Shown: positions 18,584 through 27,637 of the stretch, piece by piece | Layout of the letters: every line of letters begins with the position of its first letter | How positions within the stretch are numbered: the first letter of the stretch is position 1 | Assembly (NCBI GenBank): GCA_965601925.1 | Contig: OZ271854.1 | Location: 1,504,001-1,568,000 of the forward strand | Direction of reading: 5' to 3' | Length of the DNA: 64,000 nt | From: Alkalispirochaeta sp. | GTDB taxonomy: Bacteria; Spirochaetota; Spirochaetia; DSM-27196; Alkalispirochaetaceae | Notes under the pieces: generated by a model | The model's database searches: none | Told to the model about the DNA's origin: nothing | Seen by the model: only the letters and a program-made list of their open reading frames with translations | Position numbers and translations under genes: made by a program

Positions 18584-19227
18584 TGTCGCACGGCGCGGCC
18601 GCCTGAGCCCGGCGGCCTCTTCAACCCCGATGCGTACCGCAGGCAGAGCCGAGGAACGCATCGTTCCTCACTCCCGTCGTTACCGCATCCCTCGAAAACC
18701 CAGCCCGGCGGCCTCTTCTACCCCGATGCGTACCGCAGGAACGAGGAACGCATCGTTCCCCATTCCCGTCGCTACCGCATCCCTCGAAAACCCAGCCCGG
18801 TGGCTTCCTCAACCCCGATGCGTACCGCAGGTACGAGGAACGCATCGCCCCCCAACACGCTTCGTTGTCGCACGGCGTGGCCGCCTGAGCCCGGCGGCTT
18901 CCTCAACCCCGATGCGTACCGCAGGTACGAGGAACGCATCGTTCCCCACCTTACGTCGTTGTCGCTTAGTGTCATCGACCTTAGCTCGGCCGCTTACTTC
19001 AACCCCGATGCGTACCGCAGGTACGAGGAACGCATCGTTCCCCACTCCCGTCGTTACCGCATCCCTCGGAAACTCAGCCCGGCGGTCTCTTCAACCCCGA
19101 TGCGTACCGCAGGCAGAGCCGAGGAACGCATCGTTCCCCAACACGTTTCGTTGTCGCACGGCGTGGCCGCCTGAGCCCGGCCGCTTCCTCAACCCCGATG
19201 CGTACCGCAGGAACGAGAAACGCATCG
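18584..19227. repeat. Tandem array 1: seven ~92-98-bp units with a palindromic core (REP/BIME-like)
   Basis: ACCCCGATGCGTACCGCAGG...GAGGAACGCATCG at 18624, 18720, 18812, 18906, 19002, 19094 and 19192, separated by linkers of three recurring types. Confidence 0.95.
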
Positions 19228-19265
19228 GTCCACCGCGCGAGGTGTGTCCGCGGTCCTTCCTCGTG

Positions 19266-20486
19266 TTACGCCGGACTCAGGGTTTTCACGTCGAGATCGG
19301 AGAGCGGGAAGGTCACGCACGGATGGACGAAGCCGCTCATCCGGTCGGTCCGGCGGCGCCCGTCGCTTTTCGGCGACACCCATACATCCCCGGAGGTAAT
19401 GCGAATCCGGCACATCTGGCATTCTCCCGATCGACACACGGCGGGGGGCGCCACCTTCGCCCTCTCCAGCGCGGTGAGGATCGATTCCTCCCCCGTCGCC
19501 GGTACCGAGATGGCGCCGTTCTCCCGCTGCACGGTGATCGTATAACGGCGTCCAAACGCCTCACTCGGATAGTCTTCAAAACGTCGCGGATCGCGGATCT
19601 CACCGTACGCCTCCATTCGAATCCGCTTTCGCGGAATCGATAACGACTCCAGCTGCAGTCCAATGTAGTCGTACATCGCAGGGGGGCCGCAGACGAAGTA
19701 GCTATCGGCAGAAGGTGCACTATGTGCCGCGATCACCGCTTCGGTGATGAATCCCGACTCGAACGTTCCGGGTGTGCCCTCAGACACGGCTCCATCGGCG
19801 ATCACATACACGACATTAAAGCGGTCGCCGAGGGTGCGCGACAAATCGTCGAACTCCGCCTTGAACGCGATCTCGTCGTCGGTGTTACAGCCGTACAGCA
19901 GCGTGAGACGGATGTCGAGCGCACCGGCGGCGATTTCCCTCGCGATCGAACGGAAGGGGGTAACCCCGGAACCACCGGCGATTCCGACTACCGTAGAGGA
20001 GTCGCGGATCGGCTCGTGATACATGAATCCGAACGGTCCGGTCGTGGTCACCGGCGTTCCGACCTCCCACTCGTTCCACATGTGCGTGGTGAGAAATCCG
20101 CCCTCGGACCGTTTTACGGTAATGTCGTAGAAGCCGTTGCGCGCATCGGTGGGCGAGGAGGCTATCGAATAGGCGCGAGCGATTGGGTACCCGTCGACGA
20201 TCTCCTTGATCGCCACGTACTGTCCGGCCCGAAAGGACGCCGGTTCTGAGCTTCCTTCCGCGGAATCGGGAACGAGTCGGTAGGTCTTCATCTCCGCCGT
20301 CTCATCGACGATATTGTCGATCACGAAGTGTTGCTCCCGTGGATGGAGCTTATCGCTCAGCACGTTAATGTACGGAGTCTCGAGATCTCGCACCGGCGTC
20401 CGTCGAAGCACCCGCCGGCGTCGCGGCACGAGACGCAGAAACGCGATCAAGTCAACGATGGTTCCCTTCACGTGAAACGATTTCAT
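19266..20486 (-). CDS. FNR-type FAD/NAD(P) oxidoreductase with C-terminal 2Fe-2S ferredoxin
   Basis: RAYSIAS, GPFG, AGGSGVTPF, VCGP; CRSGECQMC...C plant-type 2Fe-2S. Confidence 0.9.
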   Translation of the reverse strand: MKSFHVKGTIVDLIAFLRLVPRRRRVLRRTPVRDLETPYINVLSDKLHPREQHFVIDNIVDETAEMKTYRLVPDSAEGSSEPASFRAGQYVAIKEIVDGYPIARAYSIASSPTDARNGFYDITVKRSEGGFLTTHMWNEWEVGTPVTTTGPFGFMYHEPIRDSSTVVGIAGGSGVTPFRSIAREIAAGALDIRLTLLYGCNTDDEIAFKAEFDDLSRTLGDRFNVVYVIADGAVSEGTPGTFESGFITEAVIAAHSAPSADSYFVCGPPAMYDYIGLQLESLSIPRKRIRMEAYGEIRDPRRFEDYPSEAFGRRYTITVQRENGAISVPATGEESILTALERAKVAPPAVCRSGECQMCRIRITSGDVWVSPKSDGRRRTDRMSGFVHPCVTFPLSDLDVKTLSPA

Positions 20487-22054
20487 TGAGCCGTCACCTC
20501 CGCCCGACTTCCCAGTTCTTCCAGTGCGTAGAGCGCCATGGTCCTACCGTTCAACATCGCGCTGCTGTAACCGAGTGAACGGGAGCCGTACGCACTCGCG
20601 ATACGCAATCCTCTGATCAGCTGCTCCTCGTCCATCATCATCACTCGCGGCACGACGCCGTCCCAGCCGTAGTTCTCGAAGCCGTAGATCAGACCCTGGT
20701 ACGCGTTTGCGTAGTGTGCGTAGGTGATCGGCGTCGCGATCTCAATCTCCTCAATGTGCGGGAGCAACGAAACGCCGGTCGCGCGCTCGAACGTTTCGAT
20801 GACGTTGCGCGCCATATCGCTCTTTCTGGTGAAGTAATTCTCCACCGTGGCGTCTTTCCAGGCATCCGGTTTCGGCGTCACCGTGAACGACATCATCGAG
20901 GTCCCCGGGGGAGAACAATCGGGCAACGCCGTATTGAGACACAGCGTCGCCTGCATCGTCGGCCGGCCCGGTTTGCTCAAGTCCCCGTACAAGACGTCGG
21001 TGTCGAGCGTGTCGTACACAAAGTAGGAGTAATCGGTGAGACCGAGATCCTCGGCGCTGCGGTTGAGCCCGATGAACACAACAAAACCGGTATTGCTCGG
21101 CCGGCGAGCCGAAAGCTCCTGCAACGCGCGCTTGGGTACCTCAGACTTCGGCTCGACCATCTCGTTGAACAGGTGGAAGGGCGAGGCGTTGCAGATTACC
21201 TGGTTGGTCGAGATCGCCTCACCGTGGTTGGTGGTGACGCCGACGACGCGACCACCTTCCACCAGCACCCGTTCCGCGCGAGTCCGATAGCGAATCACTC
21301 CGCCGCACTCGAGAATGCGATCTTCGAAGGCGTTCACGAACTCCGTCGACCGACGGCGCGGAATAAAGGCGCCGCGCCGAATGTACTCGTAGATCACATA
21401 GCCGTAGAAGGAGAAATCCATCTTGCTGAGGGAGGCACCGAGGTAGCACCAGTAGGCGCTGAGAATGTCGCGGGCGCGTTGCGGCATGTCGAGAGCATCG
21501 AAGACGTCGGTGACCGAGTAGGCGCCCGCCTTGAGGAAGTTCGGATAACGCCCGAGCATATAGAGCTTGCTCAACGATTTGATCCGCGTCTGAAGATCCT
21601 GCACGTAGACCATCGCCTCGTTTGCCTCGCGCGCCAAATCGAAGAAGGCGCGGACCGCTGTGCGGGAGCCGGGAACGTAGCGCTCAACCGCGTCGATGTA
21701 AGCGTCGACCCCAAAGGGAAGGACCGCATCGATTCGGTCCTCCCCCTCGCCCGGGACGATCACCCGGTACGCCTCGGGGACGCGAATCCAGTCGATGTGG
21801 ATGCCCAAATCATCGAACATCCGGCGCAGAATCCCCGGATCCGACGCCGTACCGAGCTCGCACAACTCGTGAAGAGACGCCTCAAACTCGAACCGCCCGC
21901 GCACGAAGCTCGTCGAGAACCCGCCGAGGATGTTGTTTTGCTCCAATAGCAGCACGGAGTGTCCCGCTACCGCGATCTGACACGCCGCCGCCAACCCGCC
22001 GTTCCCACCGCCAATCACCACCGCGTCGAAGTGCCGTTCGGATGGTTTGCCCAT
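20483..22054 (-). CDS. CrtI/retinol-saturase-family FAD-dependent oxidoreductase
   Basis: IGGGNGG Rossmann, LEQ..GGF..SF.RGRFEFE, EIATPITYAHY..G.IYG. Confidence 0.85.
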   Translation of the reverse strand: MGKPSERHFDAVVIGGGNGGLAAACQIAVAGHSVLLLEQNNILGGFSTSFVRGRFEFEASLHELCELGTASDPGILRRMFDDLGIHIDWIRVPEAYRVIVPGEGEDRIDAVLPFGVDAYIDAVERYVPGSRTAVRAFFDLAREANEAMVYVQDLQTRIKSLSKLYMLGRYPNFLKAGAYSVTDVFDALDMPQRARDILSAYWCYLGASLSKMDFSFYGYVIYEYIRRGAFIPRRRSTEFVNAFEDRILECGGVIRYRTRAERVLVEGGRVVGVTTNHGEAISTNQVICNASPFHLFNEMVEPKSEVPKRALQELSARRPSNTGFVVFIGLNRSAEDLGLTDYSYFVYDTLDTDVLYGDLSKPGRPTMQATLCLNTALPDCSPPGTSMMSFTVTPKPDAWKDATVENYFTRKSDMARNVIETFERATGVSLLPHIEEIEIATPITYAHYANAYQGLIYGFENYGWDGVVPRVMMMDEEQLIRGLRIASAYGSRSLGYSSAMLNGRTMALYALEELGSRAEVTAQ

Positions 22055-22143
22055 CGTCTGACTCCTTTTATTGAGAACTCCCGTTGCGGAGCCCCGAAAT
22101 GCTATGCCATGGGACTACGATCAAACACGTTGTATTTCACGAT

Positions 22144-22158
22144 GTATGCACTGTAAAC
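22144..22158. promoter_or_regulatory. Imperfect palindrome, candidate TetR operator
   Basis: GTATGCACTGTAAAC in the divergent intergenic region between the oxidoreductase and TetR genes. Confidence 0.4.
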
Positions 22159-22250
22159 TTTGTACTATAAGAGTACCGCATCGAAGGTTGGAATGCAACC
22201 TTCCCACGGACTTTTGGCGGGGGGCTGAGCATGAAAAAGGGGTATTACGA

Positions 22251-22856
22251 GTGAAATCGCGCACGACGTACCATCACGGCGACCTTAAACAGGCGCTGGT
22301 CGACGAGGGCCGGCGGCTCATAGACGAGGAGGGGTACGAGAGGTTCTCCCTGCGAAAACTCGCAACGCGGATCGGCGTATCGCCCATGGCGCCGTATCGA
22401 CACTTCGAATCGAAGGAGGATCTGCTCGGAGCGATCGTCGACAACGCGTTCGAGCAATTTGCAAATGCGTTGGAGGAATCCGTTCCTCCGGAGGCGCCGT
22501 TACAAGAGCAAATGACGAGGATGTGCATCGGATATGTGCGCTTCTTCGTGGCACACCCGGACATCCTCAAGATCCTGTTCATGGAGGTCGGGACGCGTAA
22601 CAGGGCGCTGGAGTCTCAACACAACGGCGAGAACCTCACCGAGTTAATGCGAACTCAACGCTCTTTCGACATGTATCACGCCTTGGCGGAGAGGATGGCG
22701 CACCTCTATCCGGATCTCGCGGAGGGAGAGCTCATCCTTATGATCTGGGCCAGAGCGCACGGTATAGCCATCCTCCTCGCACAAGAAACGTGGTATTTCG
22801 ATCCCCGAACCTTCTCAGACGAAGCGATCGGCCGCATCATCCGTATGAAGCTCTGA
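22251..22856 (+). CDS. TetR/AcrR-family regulator (WHG-type C-terminus)
   Basis: YHHGDLK..FSLRKLATRIGVSPMAPYRHFESKEDL; WARAHG; likely GTG start at 22251. Confidence 0.9.
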   Translation: MKSRTTYHHGDLKQALVDEGRRLIDEEGYERFSLRKLATRIGVSPMAPYRHFESKEDLLGAIVDNAFEQFANALEESVPPEAPLQEQMTRMCIGYVRFFVAHPDILKILFMEVGTRNRALESQHNGENLTELMRTQRSFDMYHALAERMAHLYPDLAEGELILMIWARAHGIAILLAQETWYFDPRTFSDEAIGRIIRMKL

Positions 22857-22875
22857 TACGGCGTGACGGGACGCA

Positions 22876-24786
22876 TCACGCCGAGGGGAGCATCGCCGTC
22901 GTCTTAACCTTGCCTACCAAATCGGCGAGGGCGGTGACGTTGCGGCCGTTGTTCTCGGCGACCTCAGCGACCTGCCTGACGCGAGCGACCGCTTCTTCCG
23001 ATTCCGATTTCATCGAAGCCATGTTCTCTTGCGTCTTCGTCGACAGTATTCCGAGCTCCGAGAGTGTCTGGGTAATGACCGATATGCCGGAGTCGACGTC
23101 CGACGAAGATTGTCGTACGCGTTCGGTGGTGTCGACGAGCAGTGAGATCGATGAGTTTATCTCGTCGCTCGCCCGCGCAAGCTCCCCGGTACCGCCCTGA
23201 ATCTCGACCATGCTGCCGGTAACCGTCTCGATCAGAGAGACGATTGTCGAGAACGCCTCGTCCATTCTCGCGGTAGTATCTCGGGAAACCGCCATGAAAT
23301 CGGTCAACTCTTTGAGCGTTCCCCCGATCTGCTGAGCGTTCATGCTCGCGTCCTCAGCCAGTTTTCTGATTTCGGCGGCAACCACGGCGAACCCGCGTCC
23401 CTTGTCCCCCGCATGTGCGGCCTCGATCGCCGCGTTCATCGCCAGGAGATTGGTCTGTGCGGCGATCGAGTTGATGACGGCGATCGCCTGCAACATGACG
23501 TCGGTGGACTCCGAAATTCTCGTTGCGTTTACGAACGCCTCTTTCATCGCCTCCGAACCGCTGTCGGCGATCCGCCGTAGCTCTTCGGAGACCTCGAGCC
23601 GACTCGTGACGGTCTCAGAAATACTCCGGATCGACGACGATATTTCCGTGATCGACGCCGACGATTGCTCTATCGACGCGGCGAGCGCCGCTACGCTCTC
23701 GTCGAGTGTCCCTGCAAATCTTCGTAAACCTTCGGCCGATCTGTTAGCCGTCGAAAGATCGACGTCGAGCCGGGAAGAGCTTTCCGATACGTCGTCCATT
23801 TGCGATATGAGGCGGCCGAACGATGCCGTTACGTGGCCCGCGAGCTCATCAAGTGTCCGGCCCAACGCCGCCGATCCGTCCGATACCGAACGTATTCGGT
23901 CGATAGTATCCGATACGTAGCGGACGAACTGCTGGATCCTGCGGCTCACAACACCGAGCTCGTCCTTGTTAGGAAGCTCGACGTCCGATGTCAGGTCCGC
24001 TTCGCCCCGATCTATGTTTCGGAACATATCCTCGAAGACGGTAATCATCGCTTTGATCGGAGCACCGATCTGGCGGATGATCGTCACGAGGTTGAATCCC
24101 GAGAAGAGGACGGCAAAGGCTCCCAGAGGGACGAGCTTGCGCAAAAGTGCCGACGCCAACTCCGCCTCGCTTTCGGTGGTAGCGATCATTCCGGCGACTG
24201 CGGCGATCAGTATCAGAACCGTCCCTAATGTATTGAGCATGAACGCAACGGTGAGCTTCTCGGAAAAATGAAGATGGAAGCGGTCGTTCACGGGGATATC
24301 CTTCGCCTCCGCCTCTACGATACCGATGACGAGCATCACGAACGGGACGAAGGTGACCAACCCGTATCCCTGGCCGAAGAGAATGATTGTCGGCACATCG
24401 GCCCACGTGATCATCGGCTCGCTTGCCGCCAACCCCACACCGGGGAAGATCAGGCTTATCGAGCCGGCCAGGGGACCGAAAAAGCCCCATAACGGCACCA
24501 ACACGACGGAAAGAAAGGGGATGATCCGTATCGCGCGGCTGGCCGATTCCAGATCGCGTTCGCTTCGCGAGACTTTGTACCGTTGTATAGCGCGGATCTG
24601 TTTACGAACCAAAAAATAATGGGCGACGAAAAACACCGGAATGATGGCGACCGCCACGGACGAGAACACTTGATAGAAACCGATCATATCGATGTAACCG
24701 ATGTATACAATCGAAAACGCCCATAGAACCGCGCCGACTACGTACACACCGGTCTCGGTGAGCAACAGTTTCCTGGTGATACTCAT
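22876..24786 (-). CDS. Methyl-accepting chemotaxis protein
   Basis: [38 protein letters not shown]; multi-TM N-terminus; HAMP (DELG). Confidence 0.93.
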   Translation of the reverse strand: MSITRKLLLTETGVYVVGAVLWAFSIVYIGYIDMIGFYQVFSSVAVAIIPVFFVAHYFLVRKQIRAIQRYKVSRSERDLESASRAIRIIPFLSVVLVPLWGFFGPLAGSISLIFPGVGLAASEPMITWADVPTIILFGQGYGLVTFVPFVMLVIGIVEAEAKDIPVNDRFHLHFSEKLTVAFMLNTLGTVLILIAAVAGMIATTESEAELASALLRKLVPLGAFAVLFSGFNLVTIIRQIGAPIKAMITVFEDMFRNIDRGEADLTSDVELPNKDELGVVSRRIQQFVRYVSDTIDRIRSVSDGSAALGRTLDELAGHVTASFGRLISQMDDVSESSSRLDVDLSTANRSAEGLRRFAGTLDESVAALAASIEQSSASITEISSSIRSISETVTSRLEVSEELRRIADSGSEAMKEAFVNATRISESTDVMLQAIAVINSIAAQTNLLAMNAAIEAAHAGDKGRGFAVVAAEIRKLAEDASMNAQQIGGTLKELTDFMAVSRDTTARMDEAFSTIVSLIETVTGSMVEIQGGTGELARASDEINSSISLLVDTTERVRQSSSDVDSGISVITQTLSELGILSTKTQENMASMKSESEEAVARVRQVAEVAENNGRNVTALADLVGKVKTTAMLPSA

Positions 24787-25014
24787 TTGCAGCCTCCATA
24801 GCCGTGTCGATAAGAAAGAACGGATGGCCACTACGCGCACTACTGAAACAGTGAGCATAATGCCGCAACTGCAATGATAGATTGCTACGTTTTCATGTCA
24901 AGCGTCGGTAGGCCGCCCGGCACGGTCAGTGTCGCGGCACCGTCACTGCGATGAATCGACGTTCAGTCGGTGTGTCGAACGAGATACCATGGAGTACGAG
25001 ACCGAACCTCGACT

Positions 25015-25490
25015 TCAGCCCGGCCGCGGCGTCGCCCCAACGTGACCCGTTGTCGCATCACGCCACCGACATCAGCCCGGCCGCTTCTTGTACACCCGAC
25101 GCGTACCGGAGGCGAAGCCGAGGAACGCATCGCTCACCACCTTATCCCGTTGTCGCATCCTGTCACCGACATCAGCCCGGCCGCTTCTTGTACACCCGAC
25201 GCGTACCGGAGGCGAAGCCGAGGAACGCATCGTCACCGACTCACATCGTTATTGCATCCCTGAGACGCCTCAGCTCGGCCGCTTTTTTCGGACCCGACGC
25301 GTACCGGAGGCAAAGCCGAGGAACGCGCCGCTCCCCCCACTTACACCGTTATCGCATCACGCCACCGACATCAGCCCGGCCGCCTTTTTCGGACCCGACG
25401 CGTACCGGAGGCGAAGCCGAGGAACGCATCGTCACCGACTCACATCGTTATTGCATCCCTAAGACGCCTCAGCTCGGCCGCTTCTTTCGA
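25015..25490. repeat. Tandem array 2: four full ~100-bp units plus partial ends, same family as array 1
   Basis: ACCCGACGCGTACCGGAGGC(G/A)AAGCCGAGGAACGC at 25094, 25194, 25292 and 25393; TCAGC(C/T)CGGCCGC precedes each core. Confidence 0.95.
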
Positions 25491-27637
25491 ACGTCAAACT
25501 CCTGTCTGTTTTCGGGCTCGGTCCCGGCCAAACGCTCGCGTGCCCGACGGTACGCTTCCGCCTGTGACCGTAACGGATCAACGTCGGCGCTCTCCGGCGC
25601 GAGGTGCCTCCACCGTCCGTCCGATTGCAGCTCGTGGGCCTTCTGATTGTCGGCGAAGTAGAGGTCCAGAACACCTCGGATGCGCCGCTGGATATCGCGA
25701 TTCTCGACGGGAAACATCAACTCGACTCGCTTCTCCAGATTGCGCGGCATCCAGTCGGCGCTGGAGAGGAACACGTCGGGGTTGCCTCCGTTCTCGAAGT
25801 AGAAGATACGACTATGCTCGAGATATCGATCGATGACGCTCACGACGCGGATATTCTCGCTTACGCCCGCTACCCCGGGAACGAGCATGCAGATGCCGCG
25901 AATGTTGAGAAGGATCTTCACACCCTTTTGCGACGCCTCATAGAGGGCATCGATCACGTCGCGGTCGGCAAGAGAGTTCATCTTGGCAACGATGAGTCCC
26001 GATCCGCCGCTCTCGGTGCGCGTCGCCTCGCGTTGAATGAGCTCCAGGATGCGCGGCTTAAGCACCGTCGGCGCCATCACGAGTTTCTTCAACCCCGGGA
26101 TAACCGAGTAACCGGTTATGGCGTTGAAGAAGAGGCCCACCTCGTAGGTAAGGCGATCGTCGTCGGTGAGCAGGCCCATGTCGGTGTAAAGTCTCGCTGT
26201 CTTGTCGTTGTAGTTACCGGTGCCGAGATGTACGTAACGTCGGATTCCGGTCTTTTCGCGCCGAACTACGAGCAACGCCTTGGCGTGCACCTTGAGACGC
26301 GCGATACCGTAGACGACGATGACGCCGGCACGCTCCAGCTGATGCGCCCAGCCGATGTTGCGTTCTTCGTCGAAGCGCGCCTTGAGTTCTACCAATACCG
26401 AAACCTGCTTGCCGTTTTGAACGGCCCTCTCCAGCGCTCTGACGATCGGCGAATTGCCGCTCGTGCGATACAGCGTCATCTTAATGGCGAGGGTCTCCGG
26501 GTCGTCGGCGGCCTCCTGCACCATCCGAACCACCGGGTCGAAACTTTCATACGGGTGGTGCAGAAGGATGTCGCGTCGACGGATGCTCTCCCAGATCGGC
26601 TCCTCCTCGTCCACCCATGGAGACTGCATCGTTTTCCACGGCTCGTCGCGTAAGTCGGCAAACCCGTCGATAAACGCGACGTCCATCAGGTTGCGCAACT
26701 CGAGCGGGTCTTGACTCTCGTAGACCTCGTCCTCGTCGAGCTCCAAGCCGCGCTTCAGAATATCGCGGAGACGGCTCGATCCGTGGTTGATGTTCAGCCT
26801 AACCGCGTCGCTGCGATCCCGGGTCTCGATCACCTGCTCCATAGCCTCTACAAAATCCTCGTCGCGCTCCTCGTCGACGCCGAAATCGGCGTCACGGGTT
26901 ACCCGAAAGAGGCACTGTTCCGTTACGGTGTAGCCCGGAAAAAGCTGGTACGCCTCCGAAAGGATAACTTGCTCGAGGAAGGTAAAGGCAACCACTCCGG
27001 AGCGATCCGTCGGAAGATAGACGAGACGCTCCAATGTCGACGGCACTTGCACCAGGGCGAGGAGCGGTGTGTCGTCGCCCGAGGCGGCCGGAAAACCACT
27101 CAATTCCACGCGTGCGGTTGATGCGCCGCCGCCGGCGGCCTCGCGATTGGGCTGCAGTAGAAAGGCGGCGTGGAGGCGAAGATTCCCCACCGCCGGCAGC
27201 GGTTCGTCAACGGCGGCCCGCACCGGCGTCAACACCGGAAAGACGCGCTCGCGAAAGAAGCGCTTGACGAATCCTCTCTGATCGCCGTCCCATTCGTCCG
27301 GACGCACACGCACCAAGCCGTGCTCGGTGAGGGCGGGAAAGATATCCTCCAGGAGCACGCGATATTTGCGCTCGTTGAGTTCGCGAACGCGCGATCGAAT
27401 TGATTCGAGCTGGGCCCTGGGACTCATGCCGGTCGGACACGATGAGGGCTTTCCGAGCGCAAGCTGGCGCTTTACCGTAGCGACCCGAACCATAAAAAAC
27501 TCATCGAAGTTGGATGAGACGATGCTCAAGAATTTCAAACGCTCCAAAAGTGGCACGGTAGGGTTCTCCGCCTCGGAGAGCACCCGGGCGTTAAACTCGA
27601 TCCAACTCAACTCGCGATTGAGGTACGGTCCGCTCAT
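25469..27637 (-). CDS. ppk1: Polyphosphate kinase 1
   Basis: NRELSWIEFNARVL, HHPYESF, KVHAK, GTGNYN, RYLEHSRI, SADWMPRN. Confidence 0.97.
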   Translation of the reverse strand: MSGPYLNRELSWIEFNARVLSEAENPTVPLLERLKFLSIVSSNFDEFFMVRVATVKRQLALGKPSSCPTGMSPRAQLESIRSRVRELNERKYRVLLEDIFPALTEHGLVRVRPDEWDGDQRGFVKRFFRERVFPVLTPVRAAVDEPLPAVGNLRLHAAFLLQPNREAAGGGASTARVELSGFPAASGDDTPLLALVQVPSTLERLVYLPTDRSGVVAFTFLEQVILSEAYQLFPGYTVTEQCLFRVTRDADFGVDEERDEDFVEAMEQVIETRDRSDAVRLNINHGSSRLRDILKRGLELDEDEVYESQDPLELRNLMDVAFIDGFADLRDEPWKTMQSPWVDEEEPIWESIRRRDILLHHPYESFDPVVRMVQEAADDPETLAIKMTLYRTSGNSPIVRALERAVQNGKQVSVLVELKARFDEERNIGWAHQLERAGVIVVYGIARLKVHAKALLVVRREKTGIRRYVHLGTGNYNDKTARLYTDMGLLTDDDRLTYEVGLFFNAITGYSVIPGLKKLVMAPTVLKPRILELIQREATRTESGGSGLIVAKMNSLADRDVIDALYEASQKGVKILLNIRGICMLVPGVAGVSENIRVVSVIDRYLEHSRIFYFENGGNPDVFLSSADWMPRNLEKRVELMFPVENRDIQRRIRGVLDLYFADNQKAHELQSDGRWRHLAPESADVDPLRSQAEAYRRARERLAGTEPENRQEFDVRKKRPS

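Noticed and set aside
18584..19227. CRISPR array interpretation of the tandem repeats (also 25015-25490)
   Set aside because: The conserved part is ~60 nt and variable, linkers recur and resemble each other, and there is no leader or cas gene in the window.
18522..19643. ORFs running through array 1 (e.g. 373 aa with SSTPMRTAG repeats) and 24951-25646 through array 2
   Set aside because: Unit lengths are not consistently multiples of three, the frames change between units, and the ORFs overlap real genes on the opposite strand.
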